DNA of 64,000 nt from a virus (lineage: Duplodnaviria; Caudoviricetes), in the IMG/VR virus record IMGVR_UViG_2974638963_000001, positions 54,538 through 118,537 of that record, one strand, 5' to 3'. The notes below the pieces were generated by a model. It was given only the letters and a program-made list of their open reading frames with translations, did not search any database and had not been told where the DNA came from. Every line of letters starts with the position of its first letter. The first letter of the stretch is position 1. This document shows positions 31,178-41,918 of this stretch, one piece after another. A program made the translations under genes and the position numbers.

Positions 31178-34013
31178 TTAAGTATGTCCATGCGACTGAG
31201 GCTTCCCCGTTAGGTCCCTCTGCTCGAACCCTAATTACGCCCTCACGGAAAACTCCCAGAGCATTATTAAGTTTCATGTAGTCTGATTTATTTTGTGCGT
31301 ACTGGTAAATGCTACGGTGACCGTTGGTTGTTGCAGACGAGTAGATAATACTCAGTGATTGAGGATGTAGAAATTGGAACACATATCTTAGCCCAGTTAT
31401 TTCTTTTTCCTCTTTTATGCCATCCCACTCAGTGATAACATCAGGACCGATCCAATCAGTAAAAGAACCAGGAGCTCTGTTAACTAATTTAAAATTAGTT
31501 ACTACACTAAGGTTTCTAGCTGCATCTATGTTCAAGGTTAGAACTACTGGTGAACTTCGTCTACCAGTAACATCTACTGCTCTTACTTCAAAAGTATATG
31601 TGCCCTCAGTTAACCCAAATAAATCTAGCTCTAATCTAGAGTTAAGGCTAGTTACGTTACTTGTTACTACATAAGGATCCAACCTATCTGTTTGATACAC
31701 TGTGTAGTAGGCTATTCCAGGTGTTATACTAGGTAACCAGCTTAGTGTTCCATTCTTACCTATACTAGTATTATCTTTATACGGGGTGTATTGAAGATCT
31801 CTAGGCGGAGTTACTAACGCCTCAATAATAGGTGGTACTTCAGGGTTTTCTACCTGTTGGGAGTTAATAAATACATCTTCCCCATACTCCCTCAAGGATA
31901 CCTTTATCTTACCGGAAGAGGAAACCTCTACTTCGTCTACTAAGAAGTACTTATCCTTCCACTTATATCTATCATACGTAAAGCTAACAGCATCATTAAC
32001 CTCTATACCAAGATGTGATATAGGTAACTCAAGTTTTAATACCCTGTTATATCGTGACTTTTTAAGTTCCCTAGCCGCCATAGATCTTGCCGTGTAGTAG
32101 TTGGTGATATTAGCAAAAGATAAATTAAGTCTCTTATCAACATCGTTATCTGCACGTTTAAACTCAGAGTTGTAGAAAGTAACAGTGCTAGACTTCCAAG
32201 CAAGGGCAGGATCTATTATAGACGCCTGTACTGAGTTAAATTTGTTTCTACCAGTTATATCTTCAAGCTCTACGGAGCCGTTAGTTTCAAGGTAGTGTAT
32301 CTTTCTTGGGTTAGGGTCATACTTCTCTACGGTTATACCATATACCCCTAGCATATTGTTTAACGAGCCACTGTACCCGTCAAGTAGTACCTCTACGTTC
32401 TTAAATACAGACTCTGCCGTATCTATTACTGTATTCATCTGAATCATCTGCCTATTGGAGTCAGACATGTTATTCCAGCCTAAATATCTCCAATAGTTTA
32501 CCCAAGCACCATCATATGATTCATCTATAGTATCTATAATCTCAGCAGAATCAATAGCTCTCTCCATATTGATTAATTCAAGACTAACGTTAGCACCGAA
32601 AGTAGTAGAGGTTAAATAGTCTACAGTTTGCCATATCCCATTTAACGTAGTTCTATCAGCCTTAATAGTTCCATCCCTAGAATAGGTTCTTACCTTCCTT
32701 CCAAGGACAGTTGCGTCCACTTGTGGTATTTCTGTTCTATTTTCAGTTAGCTTAAATCTTACAACAGCATACGCAGTATCAAGAAGCTTATAGTTCTCAT
32801 CCCAGTACTCAGGTCCCATACCCTGGTTTCTCTGTAACAAGAAACCTCTAGCCTTAGCCTTATCAACCAGTACTCTAGAAGCCTCTTGGTCACTCAGCCC
32901 ATGATATGTCCATACTCGGATGTCCCCGTTACCATCGTTATACTTATACTCTTGACCATGCACGGATGGAGAAGATGTTGCTACACCAGAGGCCAGACGA
33001 TGCATAGTGTCCCCAGCGTATCTTTTACGACCAAAACAAGTTCTGTCTTTACTGTCTGCATCATCGTAACAGATCATAGGCACATCATTAAACGAAAAGT
33101 CTAAGAAGCCTTCTATCTCTCCCTCAGCAAAGGCATACACAACCCATACTGTCTCTGGGTCACTAGCATCTGTATCTGCGAATACTGGTATACCCGGAAC
33201 TTGCCTAACTCCATATACTACAGGAATAAATTTTGCTGTTAAGTTAAAGTCTATATCAATGGATCTAGTTACGTTCTCATAGTATTCGACTAAGCTATAC
33301 TTTTTAGACAGCCCGAAGAAAGAACTCTTAGATTTTAGTTTATAACGTTTTTCTTTTGCTTGGTACTTGGCAAGAATAGTAATAGACTTGTTAGAGTGGA
33401 AAAACCCTAGATCATCCATATACTCAATCTTTTTGGCACTTTTAGTAGGTACTAGTTTACCGTCAATAACTTCAAGACCCCTATGAGACGCATCGTCGGT
33501 TATGCGCCCATTCACCCTTTCAAAATCGTAGAACATATTATTACATGTCCATGTGATTACTGAGCTACGAGTATTACCATTATTGCTTTCTCTAACATTG
33601 CCGGAAGATATCTTACCCGAAAAATATTTATATGCCCCTTTAGTATCAGAGTCTGTTGGTACAATTTCACCATTAGAGTCTAGAAAGGCTTGATATATGA
33701 TTACAGTTCTATCTATAAAAGATACTCCCGACGCAACTAGCCTTCCTAGCTCTACGTTGTCTACCCCACTCATTGTAATGCTAAGAGAACCTACGGTAAG
33801 TTTTCTATTTTGTTTATGAGAAGAAATGCTCTTTATTTTACCGCTTATATATGTGGTTCCATTGTACACTATATCTCTACCGTAATCAGTATAGTAGGCA
33901 TACTGTGGGCTACCACCATTGCTAGGCAGCTCAATTACCACTAGGTTAGCTATACGTAGAGGATTAGCAGAATTGGATATAAAGTCAATTGCTGACGGAA
34001 GTAAGTGTTTCAT
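31170..34013 (-). CDS. pb3: Baseplate hub / tail-tip protein pb3
   Basis: 947 aa, IPVVYG motif, C-terminal FnIII, synteny. Confidence 0.88.
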   Translation of the reverse strand: MKHLLPSAIDFISNSANPLRIANLVVIELPSNGGSPQYAYYTDYGRDIVYNGTTYISGKIKSISSHKQNRKLTVGSLSITMSGVDNVELGRLVASGVSFIDRTVIIYQAFLDSNGEIVPTDSDTKGAYKYFSGKISSGNVRESNNGNTRSSVITWTCNNMFYDFERVNGRITDDASHRGLEVIDGKLVPTKSAKKIEYMDDLGFFHSNKSITILAKYQAKEKRYKLKSKSSFFGLSKKYSLVEYYENVTRSIDIDFNLTAKFIPVVYGVRQVPGIPVFADTDASDPETVWVVYAFAEGEIEGFLDFSFNDVPMICYDDADSKDRTCFGRKRYAGDTMHRLASGVATSSPSVHGQEYKYNDGNGDIRVWTYHGLSDQEASRVLVDKAKARGFLLQRNQGMGPEYWDENYKLLDTAYAVVRFKLTENRTEIPQVDATVLGRKVRTYSRDGTIKADRTTLNGIWQTVDYLTSTTFGANVSLELINMERAIDSAEIIDTIDESYDGAWVNYWRYLGWNNMSDSNRQMIQMNTVIDTAESVFKNVEVLLDGYSGSLNNMLGVYGITVEKYDPNPRKIHYLETNGSVELEDITGRNKFNSVQASIIDPALAWKSSTVTFYNSEFKRADNDVDKRLNLSFANITNYYTARSMAARELKKSRYNRVLKLELPISHLGIEVNDAVSFTYDRYKWKDKYFLVDEVEVSSSGKIKVSLREYGEDVFINSQQVENPEVPPIIEALVTPPRDLQYTPYKDNTSIGKNGTLSWLPSITPGIAYYTVYQTDRLDPYVVTSNVTSLNSRLELDLFGLTEGTYTFEVRAVDVTGRRSSPVVLTLNIDAARNLSVVTNFKLVNRAPGSFTDWIGPDVITEWDGIKEEKEITGLRYVFQFLHPQSLSIIYSSATTNGHRSIYQYAQNKSDYMKLNNALGVFREGVIRVRAEGPNGEASVAWTYLND

Positions 34014-34622
34014 TTATCGACTCTCCTCGAAATTAAGAGTAAACGACTCGTACATACCATCAGAAGTTAGTGTAGATTTCCATGTCTCTAACTGTAATGG
34101 TTTAGTTTGAAATAGTATCCCGTTAAACACAGGTTTTTCAGCACCATTAGTAGTTGTAGCAAGATCAGGATAAAGACCTAACGTGAGGTTGTTACCATTA
34201 GCCGTTACTGATGTAATCTTATATACTTTATAATGGGAGGATAGTTTAAATAGTCCCCCTACTTTTGGTAAGCCAGTTAAATTAGGAATAGTCATTGTTA
34301 GACTATTGCCCTTCTGACCCCCAGGAATTTTTGCATTCGCCAAGTCTCCTTGGATACCGAATGTCTCATATTGTGGAAGAAGAATTTCTATAAATCCCCC
34401 TTTCCTCTTGTACTCACCAATAAATGCGTCCATTAAGAAAAATTCTTTTGGGAACAAGTCAGGGAACGGGATAGAGATACCCCAATACTGAGATACTGTT
34501 CTCACTTCGAATACTTGGTTATTAGCCATTCTATCTTTAGTTACTGGATCATTATCGATAAGAGTAACAGATTCAAACCCAGGGACTAAACCTGGATGCG
34601 TATATGGGTCTGGCAGTCTCAT
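34014..34622 (-). CDS. pb9: Distal tail protein pb9 (Dit)
   Basis: MRLPDPY start, 202 aa, synteny. Confidence 0.85.
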   Translation of the reverse strand: MRLPDPYTHPGLVPGFESVTLIDNDPVTKDRMANNQVFEVRTVSQYWGISIPFPDLFPKEFFLMDAFIGEYKRKGGFIEILLPQYETFGIQGDLANAKIPGGQKGNSLTMTIPNLTGLPKVGGLFKLSSHYKVYKITSVTANGNNLTLGLYPDLATTTNGAEKPVFNGILFQTKPLQLETWKSTLTSDGMYESFTLNFEESR

Positions 34623-34655
34623 TATTTTCTCCTATGAATCAAAACATATATTCCA

Positions 34656-34684
34656 ATTATACACTCGATAATTACAAATGTCAA
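34656..34684 (-). promoter_or_regulatory. Consensus promoter for tail-tip genes
   Basis: TTGACA-17-TATAAT on - strand. Confidence 0.9.
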
Positions 34685-34705
34685 GAATAATTTATATTGT
34701 GGATA

Positions 34706-34732
34706 CAAATAAGGGGACTGAATAGTCCCCTA
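34706..34732 (-). terminator. Terminator after the tape measure gene
   Basis: AGGGGACT-loop-AGTCCCCT hairpin. Confidence 0.7.
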
Positions 34733-34738
34733 CATTGT

Positions 34739-37700
34739 TTATCGTACTAGTGTTGCACCCTCTTCATTCAGTGACCATTCTACTGCATCTCTGAAAGTCT
34801 CCTTGTTTCTAGAAGCAAACTCGGCGAATGAAGCTGCGTCAATAGTGTTAATATGTACAACAGTAGTGTTACTCTCACTACCACCACTTCCAATATTATC
34901 ATTAGAAGTAACACGTCCAGGTACTCCGGAAGAAGCGATCTCAACTCCATGCTCTCCGTAGATATATCCAACTCCTGGAAGGGTGGTACCACCCTCAGCA
35001 CGCGGGATAAAGTTTTGAGCTGACCCAATACCCTTTTCTCCGCGAGTATACGCCAACTCACCAGCAGTACCATTCTGTGATACGTCGAACTTGTTTTCAC
35101 GTTCTCCAAGTTTTAAGTACCCAGACTCTCCTCCTCCCACATCCATAGACGGGGAAGTAGGGGTAGACGCCTGAGCATATGCCATAGCACCAGATGCAGC
35201 AGCTGCAATCATAAGAGGAATAGACCATGGGTACGGAACTGCGTTAGCAGCTTGCATAACCGCTACTGCTGTTTGAATTAAGATCTGTTTCTTTGCAGAA
35301 TCTTGTTGAATCTTAATCTTCTCAGCTTCCATCTTCTTGATCTTAGCTTTAGACTCTTCTGACTTACCATCACGTTGCTGTTCCGCTTTGATAGCCATAT
35401 CTATTGCTGACGTTTGTTGCTTAGCAGACATATTAAATACGCTACTAAGTAATTGCATACCGGCTGCTGCTGTTGAGGTTGCGTCTAAGGCACCATCCGC
35501 ATATAGCATAACCGCATTCATTACGTTACCTAGGTTAGTACCAACTGCTGTTGCTTCTGAGTTGATAGCTTGCAGATTACTTAATGCTTCTGCGTACCCT
35601 TGTTGGTTATTAACGTAATCTTGTTGCTGTTTAGCGTCCTCTCCCATACCTAGAGTAGACTGACCAGTTCCGCCTAAAAGACCTGTAGTAGCATTAGCGT
35701 ACATACGTTGTCTTTCATTTTCTAGCTCAACTAACTTAGTTTCAGCAACTACGATCTCCTGCTTAAGCTCTAAGATTTTCTGTTGATCAACCGCAGTTCT
35801 AGTAGCTTCTGAAGATGCAAGTTCTGCATTCAACTTCTCATTAAAATCTGCAATATCACGTAACAAACTATCTTTAGCAGTCTTAGTAGAATCCGTGTCA
35901 AACATAGATCTACCAAAGTTTATACTATTCTCTGCTTGCCTATTAAGTTCAGCCTTTTCCATGAATGCCATATCACGTCTAATTTGCGATTCTGTCAGGA
36001 GTGATTGGTTATACTCATTTTGCTTATCGGCTTTACCTTTGTAATGAGCCATGTTCTGCTCGTTAATACGCAGCTCTTCTTTCTTCATGGCATTCTGGTA
36101 TTCATAGTCAGATAGCATATGGTTATTTACTAGTGCTATTTTACCAGATAGATCAAGAATTGTCTTCTCAGTTTTAACTTGAACAGTTTTCTCTTTAGTT
36201 AGTGCAGAGATCTGGTTGTTCATCATCTGAACTTCTAACTCATTGATACGCCTACGTGTTGCAGCAGCACTACCCTCTGATAAAAGACCAGAGTCTAACT
36301 GTTTGTTAAGTAACGCAATTTCTGACTTGGCTTCATTAGCCTGTTGTCTAGCATTAAGTGCAGCGACCTTGGTTGCTGATCCAGCTTGTCCAGATAATTT
36401 CTGAGCAAGTGCTAATCGTTCTTTAGCTAAAGCTACACTATTAGCTCCATACTCATCATATACCTCTAATGCTTCGGTAAGAATACGCTCTTGTGCCTTA
36501 AGTCTTTGCATTTCGTTAGCAGCAAGTCCAATAGACTGGGCTATATTTTCCCATGCACCCTTAAAGGCATTGGATCCTGACTCTAAGGCGTTAATGGTAT
36601 TACGAACTTGCTCTAGACCTGCGCGAGCTTTAGAAGTATCAGACAAGTTATTCATTGATTCTGAAATACTAGCCTTACCTTCCTTAGCGTAGTTACGTAA
36701 TTCATCTACTGTCTTTAATGATTCCCTAAACTCTTCCTTGATAGCAACAGACTCTATCATCATATCGCCCATAGGGATCTTAATAGTTTGGAAAGCATTT
36801 TCCAGTGCAGTACCTTGAGACATATCACGCATAGCTGTAATAGTAGTTTGCAGCTCTTTCACAGCCCCATCATAAGAACGGACTTTCTGTTCTGCATCTT
36901 TAACAGCCTGTTCCTCAGCTTTCCATTTACCAATACTAGAATCTTGCATATTGATAAGATCGCCAAACATAGTTAGGCTAACTAAAGAGTGGGAAGTTTT
37001 AGCAAGTGCAGCATCAGTCCCGTTATCAAACTGTAGAGTCTTATTTAGGTCAGCTAAGTTCTTGATAGCTATAGCACGTTCTTTTTCTGCTTTAGAATAC
37101 TCGTCCATGAGCTTACCTTCCTGCTCAAGTACAGTTTCCATAGAAGAAACAAATCCACCACTCTGAACATCTGTAACCTTTAGACCATCACGCACCAGTT
37201 TAAGGTTATCTCCGATATCACCTACTTTATCACTAATTTCTAGTAATCTGTTAAGGATATCTATTAACGGTGTTAGCCTACTAGCCAATAACGACGCTAA
37301 TTTTGAGGAGCTAGAGGAAATATTTGCGCCAAATTTATCCCAAGCAGAAGAAGCTAACGCAGCGTCCAGTTTACCTAGAGCATTATTAGATTGTTCAACA
37401 ACTGCATTCAGTAATGCTTGTTGTTTCTGAACCTTGGATAAATTTTGAGAATTATAATTTAGACCTGCACCAGCAGCGTTTAGCTGATCTGCGTACTTCT
37501 TATACGCGGAAGACAAGTCTATTGCTAGACCAGCACCACTAAGAGAAGCTGCATCAAGTTTATAAACACCATTGATAACACGTTCAACCGCATCAGCCAT
37601 AGAGGTAAATCCAGCAGCGGATGCACGTTGTGCTACTTTACCTAGTTTCTCCAGGTCAGCTGCTGAAGCACCTAATTGGGTAGCCTTAGTAGCTTTAGCC

Positions 37701-38452
37701 ATAGCTTCTTCAAAACTAATTGCATTACCAGTTGCTTCTTGTAGGCTTTGAGCTAGTAGCTGAGTTGGGGTACCACTTATAGACGTCATAGCAATACCAA
37801 GCTTATTAAGAGTATTTACTTGGTCACCTGCTTGTAAGACCCTGAATGCTTGTTGAAGTGCGAATACGTTAGCTGCAATCTGACCATACAACATAGGGAT
37901 TGGTCCTGCAATACGTGCTAGTGCTGCGAAGTCACGTGTTGCCCCTCTAGCTGCTCCGGAGGTATCACCAACTGCACGTGTGAATTTTCCTGAACGTCTA
38001 GCTGCATCATCCGCCGCTTGACCATACCCTCTGGTGTGTCTGGTAACAGTGTTCATTGAATCCCCAACGTCTTCGATAGCTCTAACAACGTTGTTCTCCA
38101 TCCTATCAGCAAACTTAGTAATATTATTCATACCAACTACAAAGTTAGAGCTGAATTGTTGGAACTCTTGAGTAAGGAAACGGATTTCGGAAGCTACTTC
38201 CTTGATGCTCCTATCCAGCATCTTAAGCCCTTTACTATTACCGACTTTATCAAAGCTTCCTGCCATAGAGTCAGCATACTGTTGAACTTTCTGCATCTCC
38301 TTTGCCATACTCTTTAAAGAGTCAGTAGTTAGTTCAGAACCAGCAGCAGCGTCTTCTAAGGCTTGAGATAGGTTTTTGATGGAGGTTGTGGTTTTCGAAA
38401 CACCTTTCTGTGTTACGTCTATCTCAACTTCCCTAATCATTTTATCTGCCAT
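34739..38452 (-). CDS. pb2: Tape measure protein pb2
   Basis: 1237 aa coiled coil, hydrophobic segments, synteny. Confidence 0.9.
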   Translation of the reverse strand: MADKMIREVEIDVTQKGVSKTTTSIKNLSQALEDAAAGSELTTDSLKSMAKEMQKVQQYADSMAGSFDKVGNSKGLKMLDRSIKEVASEIRFLTQEFQQFSSNFVVGMNNITKFADRMENNVVRAIEDVGDSMNTVTRHTRGYGQAADDAARRSGKFTRAVGDTSGAARGATRDFAALARIAGPIPMLYGQIAANVFALQQAFRVLQAGDQVNTLNKLGIAMTSISGTPTQLLAQSLQEATGNAISFEEAMAKATKATQLGASAADLEKLGKVAQRASAAGFTSMADAVERVINGVYKLDAASLSGAGLAIDLSSAYKKYADQLNAAGAGLNYNSQNLSKVQKQQALLNAVVEQSNNALGKLDAALASSAWDKFGANISSSSSKLASLLASRLTPLIDILNRLLEISDKVGDIGDNLKLVRDGLKVTDVQSGGFVSSMETVLEQEGKLMDEYSKAEKERAIAIKNLADLNKTLQFDNGTDAALAKTSHSLVSLTMFGDLINMQDSSIGKWKAEEQAVKDAEQKVRSYDGAVKELQTTITAMRDMSQGTALENAFQTIKIPMGDMMIESVAIKEEFRESLKTVDELRNYAKEGKASISESMNNLSDTSKARAGLEQVRNTINALESGSNAFKGAWENIAQSIGLAANEMQRLKAQERILTEALEVYDEYGANSVALAKERLALAQKLSGQAGSATKVAALNARQQANEAKSEIALLNKQLDSGLLSEGSAAATRRRINELEVQMMNNQISALTKEKTVQVKTEKTILDLSGKIALVNNHMLSDYEYQNAMKKEELRINEQNMAHYKGKADKQNEYNQSLLTESQIRRDMAFMEKAELNRQAENSINFGRSMFDTDSTKTAKDSLLRDIADFNEKLNAELASSEATRTAVDQQKILELKQEIVVAETKLVELENERQRMYANATTGLLGGTGQSTLGMGEDAKQQQDYVNNQQGYAEALSNLQAINSEATAVGTNLGNVMNAVMLYADGALDATSTAAAGMQLLSSVFNMSAKQQTSAIDMAIKAEQQRDGKSEESKAKIKKMEAEKIKIQQDSAKKQILIQTAVAVMQAANAVPYPWSIPLMIAAAASGAMAYAQASTPTSPSMDVGGGESGYLKLGERENKFDVSQNGTAGELAYTRGEKGIGSAQNFIPRAEGGTTLPGVGYIYGEHGVEIASSGVPGRVTSNDNIGSGGSESNTTVVHINTIDAASFAEFASRNKETFRDAVEWSLNEEGATLVR

Positions 38453-38464
38453 TATATTTTTCCA

Positions 38465-38498
38465 ATAAAAAAGGCTCTAGGCATTTACGCCCAGAGCC
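38465..38498 (-). terminator. Terminator downstream of the tail chaperones
   Basis: GGCTCT stem followed by T tract on - strand. Confidence 0.7.
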
Positions 38499-38531
38499 AA
38501 GCCCTCTCGTGGAACGCCCAGTGGAGGAAAT

Positions 38532-38909
38532 TTACGCACGCTTGTTGGTAACATTAGACTTGTTACCTACTTTTGTTGCTTTCTTGTACTCTGCGATAGC
38601 GGACTTCTTAGCTTCACTATCTAGAACCCTAATGAATTCTAGCATTTGTAGTTTAGCCTCTCTGTCAGATATATCAAACAGTTCGAAAGCAAGTGAAAGA
38701 CCAGATAGGTCTTTACCGTTATACATAGGATACGTTCCAGGTACGAACGTATCATTTAGAATATTAAATATTGCTACTGCTTCTTGGCACAGCGTATCTA
38801 GGCTGTGAATGTCCATTGGCATTTGTGCAGGATCTGGAGTCATTCCTAGCTGTTCGCACATTGCAAGGTATGCTTCTTTGGTCATTCTAGAACCAGAGGG
38901 GACATTCAC
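38532..38909 (-). CDS. Tail assembly chaperone, gpT-like part (probably expressed by frameshift)
   Basis: Between gpG-like ORF and TMP; frame open into the upstream ORF; weak own RBS. Confidence 0.75.
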   Translation of the reverse strand: MNVPSGSRMTKEAYLAMCEQLGMTPDPAQMPMDIHSLDTLCQEAVAIFNILNDTFVPGTYPMYNGKDLSGLSLAFELFDISDREAKLQMLEFIRVLDSEAKKSAIAEYKKATKVGNKSNVTNKRA

Positions 38910-38946
38910 TTGCTTAGCAAATTTCTCCAGATCAGCTATTCGTCGT

Positions 38947-39357
38947 CTATGATCTTTTTGTACGAAAAGAATCGATACGGAATACAGTCTCGTTGATAAA
39001 CGTTAAGAACGAACGGCTAGATTTCAATAGTTGCTCTGCGTTATCAGGAGAGTATTCAACAATAGTATCAGGATCTTGATCCACTAAGTCAACTAACATT
39101 AGTTTTTCAACCCCCTCTACTGTCAGACCCTTCCAGCCTACTACAGCAGCAGATGCCAGTTCTTTTACAAATTTAGCATCATCTTGTTCGTAGCCTACAA
39201 TCATACCGTTTTCCATCTGTGGAACTTGGCACTTCTCTAGGATTTCCTGAGAGCGAGTACGGCTAACGTGGCGAACACGAATAATAAAACCAGGGATACC
39301 CAAGTATTCAACTTCGGCTTCTTTAGTTTCTAATGCAACCTTTTTTAAATCAATCAT
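38947..39357 (-). CDS. Tail assembly chaperone, gpG-like
   Basis: VVGWKGLT motif, synteny. Confidence 0.8.
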   Translation of the reverse strand: MIDLKKVALETKEAEVEYLGIPGFIIRVRHVSRTRSQEILEKCQVPQMENGMIVGYEQDDAKFVKELASAAVVGWKGLTVEGVEKLMLVDLVDQDPDTIVEYSPDNAEQLLKSSRSFLTFINETVFRIDSFRTKRS

Positions 39358-39364
39358 TATTTCC

Positions 39365-40258
39365 TCACTTAAATGTTATACTTACGGGAGCTGGTGAGTT
39401 ATACATTGGAATTATATCCAAGCTCATAGAGAGAGTCTCATCAGCAGTTAGGCGTTTAGTCACCCTAGCACTAGGGATGTCCACTAATATTTTACTTGTG
39501 TAAATCTGGAGATGATAACCGTATAAAGGTTCATCTATCTTCAGGAAGTTACTTTCAGGCTTACCATGTACTTCTCGTTTGTACATATTTATATTAGCTG
39601 AGAAATTCATTTCGTTTATTACAGCCTTTTTCGGATAACTCATTTGACCAATCTCGTAGATTGATTTCTCCTCCCTCCATGTACACTGCTGTTGGAAAGA
39701 TAGACCAGATCCCCTAATAGATGGCAGGTCAATTCCGTTCATTGTACAGAATAAAGGACTAGGAATACTAACTTCAGATTGATCCAGTGATGGATGTGGA
39801 AGTAGTTCCCTTAATTGAGTAACATTGGAGGCTATAATACCGACACTTAGTTCAGGGATACCTTTCTCTAGAGAGAAGTCAGCATTTGAAACATATGCAG
39901 GGGTTAGCTCGAAAATCGCTCCACTTTGGTATTGAATATATACTTTTAGGTAAGTAGGTTCAAGTTTGGAATTAAAAGGCAAGTATAATGTATTGCCATC
40001 TCTCTCCATCCCTAACCACTCAAAAAACATAGACTCAAGACTATTATTGGAGAAGTTTACTATTAAAGAAAGAGTAACTGGGTTAAACCCAGTTACTATA
40101 GATACAGGATAGTTACTCTTTCCATGAACAGTCCGTCTATTTACTTTATATTCAGCCATAGTCGTGTCATAATTCATTGTTGATAGAGCAGAAAACGTAT
40201 AGCGCCTCCCCTCATATTCTATGATTATTTTCGACTCTCTAAGAAAAGAGTAACTCAT
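39365..40258 (-). CDS. Baseplate tube / minor tail protein (p140-like)
   Basis: N-terminus similar to the tube protein (SFLRESK vs QLLRESR), synteny. Confidence 0.8.
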   Translation of the reverse strand: MSYSFLRESKIIIEYEGRRYTFSALSTMNYDTTMAEYKVNRRTVHGKSNYPVSIVTGFNPVTLSLIVNFSNNSLESMFFEWLGMERDGNTLYLPFNSKLEPTYLKVYIQYQSGAIFELTPAYVSNADFSLEKGIPELSVGIIASNVTQLRELLPHPSLDQSEVSIPSPLFCTMNGIDLPSIRGSGLSFQQQCTWREEKSIYEIGQMSYPKKAVINEMNFSANINMYKREVHGKPESNFLKIDEPLYGYHLQIYTSKILVDIPSARVTKRLTADETLSMSLDIIPMYNSPAPVSITFK

Positions 40259-40261
40259 TTA

Positions 40262-41407
40262 TTAGCCTCCAGTCCCTGGGTCAGCAGGATTTGCATCTCC
40301 CTTCTCAATAAACGTTTTAACTAACGCCTTAGTGAAGATTGGGGAGAACCCAAAGAATGCTTGGTCACCAGAATCTAGCTCCGTAGGCTGAGCACTAAAT
40401 TCAATCTGCGTACTTAATACATCATCAACTTCTAGTGATGGGGTGGATAGAATTGCATTAGGAGCAACTAGAACAGCCGCTGGACGAGCATCATCATATT
40501 CACCACCAAGTACAAATGAAACACTGTAGCTATTTACTGTACTTAAGTTAGTAAGTAGGTCTTTATAGATCTCAGCAGTACCCAACGGGTTGGTGTTTAA
40601 GTATGCAGTTAAGTTACCTGTGATAGTGATACCACCAGTAAATGAACTGATTGGGCGGTCAACACGACTTAACGTATTTGGAGTTAAGTAGGTGATGTTG
40701 TTATTAATAGAGAATGACGCACCGGTAATAGGAACGTTATACTCTTTCTTAGCGCCTAGATTGTCTTTAACATGAAGAATAGTCAACTTGTTAACTAGGT
40801 AGGACTGCTGCAGCTGTACGAATAATTCGTCACTAACTTCAACTGTCTTGATATCGAAAGGCTCTTTATCTAATGGAATTAGTTCAGTACCATTACCAGA
40901 CCATGTTACCATTGCTATGTTGTCGATATCAATATTAATTTCAGCTTGGTTTACTTGAACTTTCTTAACCTGATACCAAACTTCACCTGTACGGATATAT
41001 ATGTTTAGTCCAGCTAGTTCGTGGTAGGCAGATGCCTTGAAGTCAACCATAGCATTTGTTTCGTTTGTGTGGAACCCGTCCTCTCCAGCAAGATCCATGG
41101 GTTTACCACTTGTCAGTGCATGCCATAACATATAGTCCGGCAACATTACTTGCTTACTAGTGCTATCTATGTAAGGAAGAATGTATGTTGAGAAGCTCCA
41201 GTTTGCAGGGTTTAAAGAGTCATTATAACGCTTACTACCACGAGTAGGTATCGGTCCTGCCTCATTTACTGTGATGTCTGTAGAGTTCCCGTCTACACCG
41301 AAACTAAGGTCGTCTTGAATCAAGATTTCCATAGTATTAGATTTATTGAAACCCTTGTCTACCGTTGAGACGAATAGTCGGGATTCCCTTAGTAATTGAA
41401 TAGCCAT
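40262..41407 (-). CDS. pb6: Major tail tube protein pb6 (appears to lack the C-terminal Ig domain)
   Basis: MAIQLLRE..., WSFSTYILPY motif, 381 aa. Confidence 0.88.
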   Translation of the reverse strand: MAIQLLRESRLFVSTVDKGFNKSNTMEILIQDDLSFGVDGNSTDITVNEAGPIPTRGSKRYNDSLNPANWSFSTYILPYIDSTSKQVMLPDYMLWHALTSGKPMDLAGEDGFHTNETNAMVDFKASAYHELAGLNIYIRTGEVWYQVKKVQVNQAEINIDIDNIAMVTWSGNGTELIPLDKEPFDIKTVEVSDELFVQLQQSYLVNKLTILHVKDNLGAKKEYNVPITGASFSINNNITYLTPNTLSRVDRPISSFTGGITITGNLTAYLNTNPLGTAEIYKDLLTNLSTVNSYSVSFVLGGEYDDARPAAVLVAPNAILSTPSLEVDDVLSTQIEFSAQPTELDSGDQAFFGFSPIFTKALVKTFIEKGDANPADPGTGG

Positions 41408-41432
41408 TTATAGTTTTCTCCTTTAAAATGCA

Positions 41433-41918
41433 CTATAATAGTCGTGTGTCCGTTAGGTATCTCACAGTAAAAGATATCTCAGCAAGGGCGAATGGGTTTA
41501 GTAGCCCTTCATCCGTACCAGTACTAGTAATACTGCAATCAATTATTGTTCCAGAGTCTCCTCCACCATCAGGTCTATTAATAGTATAGCGCAATTTCTT
41601 GTGACTGTCAAGGATTTTTTCTAAATCGTATATGAGAGTTTCCAATGCTTCTTCTCTACGAGCATCATCATTATCCTTAACAAATATCATCACCGTCATT
41701 GGCTGGTACTTCCAGCGTTGGGCGGACGGTTGGTAGTCTTGTGTTTCTGTCCCTAGGTTCAATGCAATATACGGAAATTGCTTGATCTCCTCAAAGGTTT
41801 TAAATTTGCCTACTAGCGCACCTGGAACAGTATTAAAGTACTCAGTTGGGTGAGTTCCGTCTAAGCACTCTCGGATACGCTGCTCATATGCTTTTCGTAT
41901 TGCTAGCCTGTTAGACAT
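41433..41918 (-). CDS. Tail terminator protein (p142-like)
   Basis: Size, TDEGLL motif, synteny. Confidence 0.78.
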   Translation of the reverse strand: MSNRLAIRKAYEQRIRECLDGTHPTEYFNTVPGALVGKFKTFEEIKQFPYIALNLGTETQDYQPSAQRWKYQPMTVMIFVKDNDDARREEALETLIYDLEKILDSHKKLRYTINRPDGGGDSGTIIDCSITSTGTDEGLLNPFALAEISFTVRYLTDTRLL

